From IMG/VR virus record IMGVR_UViG_3300036852_000388, positions 1 through 43,979 of that record: 43,979 bases of DNA. One strand, given 5' to 3'. The notes under the pieces were generated by a model, which was given only the letters and a program-made list of their open reading frames with translations, was not told the origin of the DNA and made no database searches. Positions 34,535 to 41,176 of the stretch are shown in pieces; positions within the stretch are counted from its first letter, which is position 1, and the number at the start of each line of letters is the position of its first letter. Both the position numbers and the translations under genes were made by a program. The stretch comes from a virus.

Positions 34535-34780
34535 CTATTGCACCGTGTCGTGAGTGCGCTTCGCGAACCATTCGCAGTCGCGTAGCAGGCACTCGGGCAC
34601 TAGCACGGTCTCTTGCCGGTTGCCGTCCTCGTCTGAGCCGCCCTTGTAGAACATGGGGCGCAGCCGGATCAGTCCCTCCACGCCTTCGGCGCCAAGCAGG
34701 ATCGACTCCACTTCCCAGGCGCGGTTGTGGCCGAACTTCTTGTCGCGCCACAGCAGGATATCTCCAACGGTGTAGCTCAT
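34535..34780 (-). CDS. Hypothetical protein (81 aa)
   Basis: ATGA overlap with the upstream gene. Confidence 0.55.
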   Translation of the reverse strand: MSYTVGDILLWRDKKFGHNRAWEVESILLGAEGVEGLIRLRPMFYKGGSDEDGNRQETVLVPECLLRDCEWFAKRTHDTVQ

Positions 34781-34989
34781 GTGGTGGCTCCTATGGCGTG
34801 GGTAACGGCCTGCTGCGCGGCAGCCTGCGTTGGAAAAAGTCCATCGACGGCGCGGCCGTCGCGAAGTGTCAGAACGAAACCGCCTGTCACGGCATAGATC
34901 ACCCAGTCGCAGTTACTATGGTCCTCTGCGACAACCCTCGCCGATGGATCGAGGTTGCTGGCGTGCTGGGCGAGGGGAATGATCTGCAT
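34777..34989 (-). CDS. Hypothetical protein (70 aa), first gene of the leftward mini-operon
   Basis: SD GGAGAG precedes ATG 34989. Confidence 0.5.
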   Translation of the reverse strand: MQIIPLAQHASNLDPSARVVAEDHSNCDWVIYAVTGGFVLTLRDGRAVDGLFPTQAAAQQAVTHAIGATT

Positions 34990-35017
34990 GGCGTCTCTCC
35001 GTTCTCAGTGTGGAGAA

Positions 35018-35083
35018 TGTTTAGCATGCGCTTGCGCTTCTGTCTACTATGTTGTAGACAAAAAAGAAGGGAAAAGCTATGGT
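35018..35083. promoter_or_regulatory. Symmetric back-to-back promoters sharing a palindromic operator
   Basis: TGTCTAC-tatgtt-GTAGACA (35041-35060). Each arm supplies a -35 TAGACA, 17 nt from a -10: TATGGT on + (35078-35083) and TAAACA on - (35023-35018). Confidence 0.45.
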
Positions 35084-35142
35084 GACCATCCTAGCAAATC
35101 GATTGGCAGAAAGCGTCGGGATGGCACGTGCGAAAGCGAGAG

Positions 35143-35343
35143 ATGCGGGCGGAAGACGTGAGCAAGCTGCTGCAGAAGCAATGCGAGAAAGCCGGTGGGC
35201 AGCGTGCTTATGCGCGTGCGCATGGCCTGCTGGTGCAGCATATATCGCAGGTCGTTAGGTGTGAGCGCCCGCCATCCAAGCCGCTCTGTGATGTGCTCGG
35301 TATTGAGCCGGCCGGCATGCGGTGGGTAGCGAAGCGGAAATGA
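35143..35343 (+). CDS. Cro/YdaS-like HTH protein (66 aa)
   Basis: GGQRAYARAHGLLVQHISQVVRCERPPSKPLCDVLGI. GTG 35128 is an alternative start. Confidence 0.5.
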   Translation: MRAEDVSKLLQKQCEKAGGQRAYARAHGLLVQHISQVVRCERPPSKPLCDVLGIEPAGMRWVAKRK

Positions 35344-35355
35344 TGAGGAGAGACC

Positions 35356-35607
35356 ATGCGGCCATCCGAACAACATGGATTGAGGCGATGCAGATGCGGC
35401 GCCGAACCAAGGGTCGCATGTAGCGATAGCGTGAGCGACGTTCGGGTGTGGGCTGTGCATTGCCATAAGTTCTGCGGCGACGACACGCACTGGCAGATGA
35501 GCGCCACCGAAGCTGCAAGGCGGTGGAACGCTGGGTTGGTTCGCGGCGCGAGCGGCGGTAACGGTTCGCTAGACCAGGATTGGCAGAAGACGGCGCGGTC
35601 CAACTAG
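35356..35607 (+). CDS. Lar-family restriction-alleviation-like Zn protein
   Basis: CRCGAEP...VHCHKFCG...SATEAARRWNAG resembles the Lar pattern CxxCG...C..CG...EAI.AWN. Confidence 0.45.
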   Translation: MRPSEQHGLRRCRCGAEPRVACSDSVSDVRVWAVHCHKFCGDDTHWQMSATEAARRWNAGLVRGASGGNGSLDQDWQKTARSN

Positions 35608-35629
35608 CTAGGACGAGGAGAACGGCGCG

Positions 35630-35845
35630 GTGGGATCAGTGTCCATAGCCTACAAGGCGTTGATCGACGAACTCCTGCAAAAGGTTGAGGCAGGCGACGA
35701 TCTGGCGACCCGGTGCCTCGCCGCATTGTCCCTGGTTTGCGAAGGGTGGAGATATGGAGACAGCGATCCATCTGATGACCCGCCCAAGGGCGATGGAGAA
35801 TCGGTCATCGATTTGAGCGCTTACAGACGTAAGCTAGCAGCATAG
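35630..35845 (+). CDS. Hypothetical acidic protein (71 aa)
   Basis: GTG start. D/E-rich (GDSDPSDDPPKGDGE). Confidence 0.4.
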   Translation: MGSVSIAYKALIDELLQKVEAGDDLATRCLAALSLVCEGWRYGDSDPSDDPPKGDGESVIDLSAYRRKLAA

Positions 35846-35860
35846 GAAGCGGAGCCGCGG

Positions 35861-36028
35861 ATGGTCGATTTTCAAGCGGAGATCGCGTTCGCGATCTGGT
35901 CAACGCAGACTGGCAACGCCTCGCGCGACTGGTGGTGGGAACGGACCACCGAGGCCGAGCGCGACCAATACATGCGTGCAGCTGAGATGGTGATGCGCCG
36001 GCTTGCGGAACTTGGCGTGCAATTTTGA
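35861..36028 (+). CDS. Hypothetical protein (55 aa; below the track cutoff)
   Basis: MVDFQAEIAFAIWSTQTGNASRDWWWERTTEAERDQYMRAAEMV. Confidence 0.4.
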   Translation: MVDFQAEIAFAIWSTQTGNASRDWWWERTTEAERDQYMRAAEMVMRRLAELGVQF

Positions 36029-36037
36029 GGAGCGGTC

Positions 36038-36238
36038 ATGTCCGAGTCGGTGGAGACGTTGGACAGCTACGTGCGGCGGACGGAGGAGCGGCTGCGGTCG
36101 CAGACGGTGAGGATCGCTGAACTGGAGGCGGGCCTTCGTGAGGCGAAACGCATTCTGGACATACCCGACACGCACGCCTTCGTTATCTCCAGGGCGCGGG
36201 CGCACATCGGGAACGTCTTGCACAAGTCAGATCGATAG
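36038..36238 (+). CDS. Hypothetical coiled-coil protein (66 aa)
   Basis: SD gaggag precedes the ATG. Confidence 0.5.
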   Translation: MSESVETLDSYVRRTEERLRSQTVRIAELEAGLREAKRILDIPDTHAFVISRARAHIGNVLHKSDR

Positions 36239-36250
36239 GAAGGGGAGGCG

Positions 36251-36463
36251 ATGGGCAACGACGTTGAGACGCTGAAGGGTTGGCTACAGGCTGCCGCCGC
36301 TGTGGATCTGGATGACCGGAAAGCGGATGTGCCAAAGGGCTACAAGAAGCTTGCGACCGGTGTTCTCTGTCGGTGTCCCAAGCTATATCGAGATTTTGGC
36401 GATGCCTACTGCTGCCAGGGCGAGTGGGGGGGGCGCCCATCAATCAGGAGACCGCGACAATGA
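36251..36463 (+). CDS. Hypothetical Cys-containing protein (70 aa)
   Basis: SD ggggagg precedes the ATG. Confidence 0.45.
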   Translation: MGNDVETLKGWLQAAAAVDLDDRKADVPKGYKKLATGVLCRCPKLYRDFGDAYCCQGEWGGRPSIRRPRQ

Positions 36464-36648
36464 CCCTGGAAAAGGCGCTATACATCCTCGCCAGCATCCA
36501 CACCCGTGACGATGACTTGATGGGTTTCGTGGTGGAGTGGGCTCCGAGCCCGAGCTACGCGTGGCAGCATTCGCAGGCCGATTACATTGAGGCGTGGAAG
36601 ACGGTTCGTGCGCACATCCACTTCCAGACAGAGCCGAAGAGGGAATAG
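36460..36648 (+). CDS. Hypothetical protein (62 aa)
   Basis: ATGA overlap with the upstream stop. Confidence 0.45.
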   Translation: MTLEKALYILASIHTRDDDLMGFVVEWAPSPSYAWQHSQADYIEAWKTVRAHIHFQTEPKRE

Positions 36649-36658
36649 GAGACGCGGC

Positions 36659-36832
36659 GTGCCAATTCTGCGGGGTATCGTCTGCCCGAAGTGCGGGAAT
36701 GCTGACCAAGACAAGTTCTTGGCTGAGACCGAAGACGCCGGCAGGGATGCATCGCGACCACGCAGCAGGCGAGTGCGCCTTGTCGGGTGGCGCTGCCAAG
36801 TCTGTAAGCATGTCGTCCCAGAGCAAGGATGA
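36659..36832 (+). CDS. Zn-ribbon mini-protein (57 aa)
   Basis: CPKCG...CQVC motifs. SD AGGAGA lies 6 nt before GTG 36659. Confidence 0.45.
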   Translation: MPILRGIVCPKCGNADQDKFLAETEDAGRDASRPRSRRVRLVGWRCQVCKHVVPEQG

Positions 36833-37029
36833 GGAGCACCGCAATGGCCAGCATACGAGCCGGGAAAGCCGAGCGCATAGCCAACAAGATGGCCGACCAA
36901 CTGCGGCAGGCCGAGGCTCGCAACGCAGAGCTGGAGGCGGAGTTGCGCTCCATCCTGAAATGGGCCAAGCTCATGGGCTATATCGATCTGCAGGAGCGAC
37001 TGCGGAAGCTGCTCGCAGACAAGGGATGA
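36829..37029 (+). CDS. Hypothetical coiled-coil protein (66 aa)
   Basis: ATGA overlap. ATG 36844 is an alternative start. Confidence 0.45.
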   Translation: MRSTAMASIRAGKAERIANKMADQLRQAEARNAELEAELRSILKWAKLMGYIDLQERLRKLLADKG

Positions 37030-37040
37030 GGAGCGCCGGA

Positions 37041-37334
37041 ATGTCATCGTCAGGCCGCCAGCCGTGGGACGCGAACGACCCGTATCCGGATGACGGCGAC
37101 GATCTGGTGTGCGACCACGAAGACTATGAGGCCGACATCATCACGGGCATCGCGACGTGCCCAAACTGCGGCCACTGGTGGATACAGACCGCAGAGGAGA
37201 TCGAGCGCGAGCATTATACGGGCAACGCTGAGCAGGTGTTTGTCACCTACATCCTGACAGGCGGTCAGTTCGGCATTGAGCCCGGTCACATCGTCATGGG
37301 GGTCAAGTCGCTTGCCGAATTGGACCAGGAATGA
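37041..37334 (+). CDS. Hypothetical acidic protein with CPNCG motif (97 aa)
   Basis: ATG 37041 lies inside a longer, low-quality ORF. Confidence 0.45.
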   Translation: MSSSGRQPWDANDPYPDDGDDLVCDHEDYEADIITGIATCPNCGHWWIQTAEEIEREHYTGNAEQVFVTYILTGGQFGIEPGHIVMGVKSLAELDQE

Positions 37335-37405
37335 ATGGAGGGCTTGACATCGGGCCCGCAAAAAACGCAAATAGGGCAAGTTTGCGATTGCCGTCCTGAA
37401 AAGCG

Positions 37406-37442
37406 CCCCGCCCCGGATAACCCGCGGCGGGGTGTTGCGTTT
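37406..37442 (+). terminator. Intrinsic terminator between the early island and late/moron genes
   Basis: CCCCGCC(c)CGG-ataac-CCG(c)GGCGGGG followed by tgttgcgttt. Confidence 0.45.
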
Positions 37443-37462
37443 GGGAGATACCGATGTGACCT

Positions 37463-37708
37463 ATGGAAGACCTGGAGCGGCGGCTTATCGTGCTCGAGCA
37501 GCGGTGCCAGCACGATCGCGAAATGACTGGCTACCGCCTCGCCGATATCTCCCGCCAGCTCCAGGAATTGCAGAGCCGCCCCCTCAGCCAGCTCTCGGCT
37601 GGTGGCCTGATCAAGATCACCATCGCGATTCTGCTTCCCCTTTTCGTCTGGCTGGTGACGGGCGATTTGCGCAAGGCCCTGGAGGCCAGCCGCCTGGCGG
37701 GTGGCTAG
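37463..37708 (+). CDS. XhlA-like membrane protein (N-terminal coiled coil + C-terminal TM)
   Basis: MEDLERRLIVLEQRC... followed by IKITIAILLPLFVWLVTG. The architecture matches XhlA. Confidence 0.4.
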   Translation: MEDLERRLIVLEQRCQHDREMTGYRLADISRQLQELQSRPLSQLSAGGLIKITIAILLPLFVWLVTGDLRKALEASRLAGG

Positions 37709-37713
37709 ATGGC

Positions 37714-37791
37714 ATGTCGCTGGCCGACCTGATGCTCTTGGCATCCGCCATTCTGAGCTGCGCCATCCTTGGCTTTCGTCTGGTTCTCTAA
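37714..37791 (+). CDS. 25-aa hydrophobic peptide
   Basis: MSLADLMLLASAILSCAILGFRLVL. Confidence 0.3.
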   Translation: MSLADLMLLASAILSCAILGFRLVL

Positions 37792-37812
37792 CCCCCCTAC
37801 ATCAACGGAGTA

Positions 37813-38484
37813 ATGCTCATGCGCTCTCGCATCCTGGGCGCGGTTCTCGCCGCGCTCATTGCCCCCCTTGCTTATGCAGGCGAGCTGCCGAGCAGGGGCA
37901 AGATCGCATCCCCCGTCACTCCCGCCGTGGCCGCGGATGAGGGTTGGAACCGCACCGGCATGTACGTTGGCCTCCTCGCCGGCTACGACGTGGCGGTGCT
38001 GGAGGCGGAAGGACTCGACCTCGCCAACGGCAAGCTGATGGGTGGGGCCATGGTGGGCTGGAATTGGCGTGTCTCCCCCAGCATGGTGCTGGGTCTGGAG
38101 GCCGACTGGATGTTCACCGGCATCAGCGCCAGCCACAGCGACTCCGATGTGCTGCTCAAGGCCACCACCGACCATCTGGTCAGTGTCCGCGCTCGCGCCG
38201 GCGTCCCGCTCGGGCCCGCGCTCATCTACGTCACAGCTGGCCCAGCCTGGCAGCAATCCAAGCTGACCATCGGAGATGGTGATGGCGCCGTGTCGGAGCG
38301 TACCTGGCAGTTGGGTGCGGCCTTCGGTGGCGGTGCTGAGGTGGAGATCTCAAGGTCGTTGGCATTGAGGCTGGAGGCCATTCATTACGTGTTCCCGAAC
38401 GATGGGGCGCCGCTGTCCGATTTCCTGGATAGCGAGAATCAGCACACCACGGCGCGCGTCGGCGCGGTGTTTAAACTCAATTGA
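37813..38484 (+). CDS. Outer-membrane beta-barrel protein (Omp25/Omp31/RopB-like), moron
   Basis: Signal peptide ILGAVLAALIAPLAYA. Alternating beta-strand pattern. C-terminus TTARVGAVFKLN. Confidence 0.75.
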   Translation: MLMRSRILGAVLAALIAPLAYAGELPSRGKIASPVTPAVAADEGWNRTGMYVGLLAGYDVAVLEAEGLDLANGKLMGGAMVGWNWRVSPSMVLGLEADWMFTGISASHSDSDVLLKATTDHLVSVRARAGVPLGPALIYVTAGPAWQQSKLTIGDGDGAVSERTWQLGAAFGGGAEVEISRSLALRLEAIHYVFPNDGAPLSDFLDSENQHTTARVGAVFKLN

Positions 38485-38496
38485 GGGAGGAGCGAG

Positions 38497-38691
38497 ATGG
38501 CTGAGTGGATTTGGGCTGCGGTTGTCGGGATTGCAGCTCTGCTGCTCGGCCTCTCGCTCATCATCACCCCAGAGCGCATCACCCGGTGGCGGGAGCAGTT
38601 CTGGGAGACGGACAGCGACGGTGACTTGCCGCCGCGTGTTGAGCCGCCGAAAATGCCTTGGAGCAAGGAGAACGTAGATGGGCAATCGTAA
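38497..38691 (+). CDS. Small 1-TM membrane protein (64 aa)
   Basis: SD gagggaggag upstream. TM segment WIWAAVVGIAALLLGLSLII. Confidence 0.5.
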   Translation: MAEWIWAAVVGIAALLLGLSLIITPERITRWREQFWETDSDGDLPPRVEPPKMPWSKENVDGQS

Positions 38692-38866
38692 GGACCTGCA
38701 GCAGAAACACGACGGGGGCTCCAGCATCACCCAGGACAGCTACGGCACCAACAACCCGGGCCGCCCTGGCAAGCCCTACACCAGTGGTGCGAACGTTGGC
38801 AGCGGCAAGGGCCCGAGCCCCAGCAAGCCGGCGCCTGCGAGCCAGCCCAAGGGGCAGGATTATTGA
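38678..38866 (+). CDS. Hypothetical G/S/P-rich protein (62 aa)
   Basis: Overlaps the upstream gene by 14 nt. Low complexity. Confidence 0.4.
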   Translation: MGNRKDLQQKHDGGSSITQDSYGTNNPGRPGKPYTSGANVGSGKGPSPSKPAPASQPKGQDY

Positions 38867-39150
38867 TGGCTATCCGGGGCGTTAACGGCGGCATCAATTA
38901 CTCACGTGAGGGTGCAATGACCACAGACCCCGAGGAAGGCCGCCGCCAGACCGAGGCCATGCAGCCGCCAGCGCTGAAAGTGGGCGATAAGGTGCGGCTC
39001 TCTGCTGGTATTGGCCCAATGACGGTGGTCGAGTTGCGTGACTACGCCAACATGGCGGTGGTCGAATGGAAGCAACGGTCGTGGACTGACGGCCCCATGA
39101 CGACCGAACGCGGCACCTTCCCCGTCCGCTCGCTGGTGCGGGTCGACTGA
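38866..39150 (+). CDS. DUF2158/YodC-like small protein
   Basis: LKVGDKVRLSAGIGPMTVVEL...FPVRSLV. ATG 38917 (with SD GAGGGT) is an alternative start. Confidence 0.4.
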   Translation: MAIRGVNGGINYSREGAMTTDPEEGRRQTEAMQPPALKVGDKVRLSAGIGPMTVVELRDYANMAVVEWKQRSWTDGPMTTERGTFPVRSLVRVD

Positions 39151-39151
39151 T

Positions 39152-39334
39152 ATGGCACCAGAGGTCGAGGCAGCTTGGCAGAAGGCGCAGACGGCTTGGG
39201 AAGCAGCGGGCAAGCCAATTCCTTGTCACGATCCCGCCTATATGGCCGCGCGGATAGAATTGGCTGAGGCATGGGCAAAAGCGGATGCAGATCGCCTGAA
39301 AAAGGAAACAAAAAAAATCGATGCGCGGCGGTAA
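39152..39334 (+). CDS. Hypothetical protein (60 aa)
   Basis: Compact ORF that overlaps the terS start. Confidence 0.45.
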   Translation: MAPEVEAAWQKAQTAWEAAGKPIPCHDPAYMAARIELAEAWAKADADRLKKETKKIDARR

Positions 39335-39590
39335 GCGTGAGGGTGCCGGGCGTCCAAAGGGCAAGAAGAACAAAAGGACATTGGCCGAGAAGGAAGCCTT
39401 GGCTGCCTCTGGCCTCTCGCCCCTGGACTATATGCTGAGTGTGTTGCGGGATGAGAAGGCTTCGCAGGATGTGCGCCTGACAGCAGCCAAGGCCGCAGCT
39501 CCATACCTCCATCGCGCTCTCAAGTCGGTAGAGCACTCGGGTGAGGGTGGCGGCCCCATCGAGTACGAGGTGACGCTGTCCTTTGAGTAG
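39321..39590 (+). CDS. terS: Terminase small subunit
   Basis: GGKREGAGRPKG...PLDYMLSVLRD...RLTAAKAAAPYLH is typical of this terS family. Lies upstream of terL. Confidence 0.6.
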   Translation: MRGGKREGAGRPKGKKNKRTLAEKEALAASGLSPLDYMLSVLRDEKASQDVRLTAAKAAAPYLHRALKSVEHSGEGGGPIEYEVTLSFE

Positions 39591-40881
39591 CATCAGGCGC
39601 GTTCGTATCCCGGCGCGGCCGCAGTTTCGTGGGCTGCTGGAGACAGAGAAGCGCTGGGCTATAGCCGTTGCTCATCGTCGTGCCGGCAAGACGGTGGCGT
39701 GCGTCCAGAAGCTCATCAAGGGCGCGCTGAAGTGCAAGCTGCCTCAGCCCCGCTTCGCCTATGTGGCGCCGCTCTACACCCAAGCTAAGGACGTGGCCTG
39801 GGAGTACACCAAGACATTCGCGGTCAAGCTCAGCGCCATCCCGCATGAGAGCGAGCTCAGGGTGGACCTGCCCAACGGAGCGCGTGTCAGACTCTACGGT
39901 GCAGACAACCCCGATCGTCTCAGAGGCCTGTACTTTGACGGCGTGGTGCTGGACGAGTATGCCGACATGCGCCCGAGCGTATGGGGTGAGGTGATCAGGC
40001 CCATGCTGGCGGACCGTGCGGGCTGGGCGACGTTTATCGGCACGCCCAAGGGGCATAACGGCTTCCACGAGAAATGGCAGGAAGCACAGGCTGACCCGAC
40101 ATGGTTCAGGCTGATGCTGAAGGCTTCGGAGACCGGCATCCTGACAGACGACGAGCTTGTTGATGCTCGCAAGGGCATGTCGGACGATCAGTATGAGCAG
40201 GAGTTCGAGTGCTCGTTCGAGGCGGCCATCCAAGGCGCCTACTTCGCTACCCAGATGCGGGCCATGCGGGCGGATGGCAGGCTGGGGAAGGTGCCGATCG
40301 ACCCGGGTCGTCCCGTCAATACCTTCTGGGATATCGGCAAGAGCGACAGCACGGCAGTCTGGTTTCATCAGAACCGCGGGCAGATGCATCACCTTGTCGA
40401 CTACTACGAGAACAGCGGAGAAGGCGTTGAGTTTTACGCTCGCATCCTACGTGACAAGCAGCAGCAGCACGGGTGGCGCTACGGCACACACTATGGGCCT
40501 CACGACCTCGATAACAGCCACTGGGTGTTGCCAGGCAGGGAGACAGTCAGGGACACCGCGCGCAACCTTGGCATCGATTTCGTCGTGGTACCGCGCATCG
40601 CAAACAAGCAGGATGCTATCGAGGCAGGGCGAAACTTCCTGACCATGTGCTGGATAGATGCCGATCGGTGCGCCAAGGGGGTTGAGGTGCTCGACCATTA
40701 TCGTAAGTCCTGGGACGAGGACAAAAAGACGTGGAAGAAGGCGCCTGAGCATGATTGGGCGAGTCACGGCGCTGACGCGATGATGACGGGCGCGTGTGGG
40801 TTCACGCCTGACTACATCCCGCCTCCGAGCGACAGGTATGCGCGGGGGCAGAGCACGAGGAGATCAGCGTGGGCAGCATAA
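39583..40881 (+). CDS. terL: Terminase large subunit
   Basis: Walker A HRRAGKT. Walker B VVLDEYAD. C-terminal nuclease-like region. TTG start. Confidence 0.9.
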   Translation: MSSIRRVRIPARPQFRGLLETEKRWAIAVAHRRAGKTVACVQKLIKGALKCKLPQPRFAYVAPLYTQAKDVAWEYTKTFAVKLSAIPHESELRVDLPNGARVRLYGADNPDRLRGLYFDGVVLDEYADMRPSVWGEVIRPMLADRAGWATFIGTPKGHNGFHEKWQEAQADPTWFRLMLKASETGILTDDELVDARKGMSDDQYEQEFECSFEAAIQGAYFATQMRAMRADGRLGKVPIDPGRPVNTFWDIGKSDSTAVWFHQNRGQMHHLVDYYENSGEGVEFYARILRDKQQQHGWRYGTHYGPHDLDNSHWVLPGRETVRDTARNLGIDFVVVPRIANKQDAIEAGRNFLTMCWIDADRCAKGVEVLDHYRKSWDEDKKTWKKAPEHDWASHGADAMMTGACGFTPDYIPPPSDRYARGQSTRRSAWAA

Positions 40882-40889
40882 CCAGGCGC

Positions 40890-41000
40890 ATGAAGAGAGC
40901 GACCGGATCGCTGCTTTTGCCGAACGTTTTGCTGCAGCGGCTCAGGGAGGCAGGCAAGCCGAAACCGAAGCCGCGTCCTAAGCCCAGGCCGGGGTATTGA
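40890..41000 (+). CDS. 36-aa basic peptide (below the track cutoff)
   Basis: MKRATGSLLLPNVLLQRLREAGKPKPKPRPKPRPGY. Stop shares its A with the next ATG. Confidence 0.4.
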   Translation: MKRATGSLLLPNVLLQRLREAGKPKPKPRPKPRPGY

Positions 41001-41176
41001 TGCTTGACGACATCCGCACCTACGCCCGCCTGCAGCTCGCATTCCAAAACGGCATGACGCGCGACCAGTACATTGCAGCGGTGCGGGCTTACGCGCTGGA
41101 GATCCACGGCGCAGGGGATGAGGTGAAGCGGATGGCAGAGCAGACGGCGCGGCATCAGTGGGCGACGCGTGCCTGA
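41000..41176 (+). CDS. Hypothetical protein (58 aa; below the track cutoff)
   Basis: MLDDIRTYARLQLAFQNGMTRDQYIAAVRAY... Third positions are strongly G/C-biased. Confidence 0.5.
   Translation: MLDDIRTYARLQLAFQNGMTRDQYIAAVRAYALEIHGAGDEVKRMAEQTARHQWATRA

Noticed and set aside
35079-35258. ATG 35079 ORF (59 aa, MVTILANRLAESVG...) upstream of and overlapping the Cro-like gene.
   Set aside because: Its ATG lies inside the predicted -10 (TATGGT) and so would be upstream of the transcript start. Its C-terminal half is a poor-bias shadow of the 35143-35343 HTH ORF.
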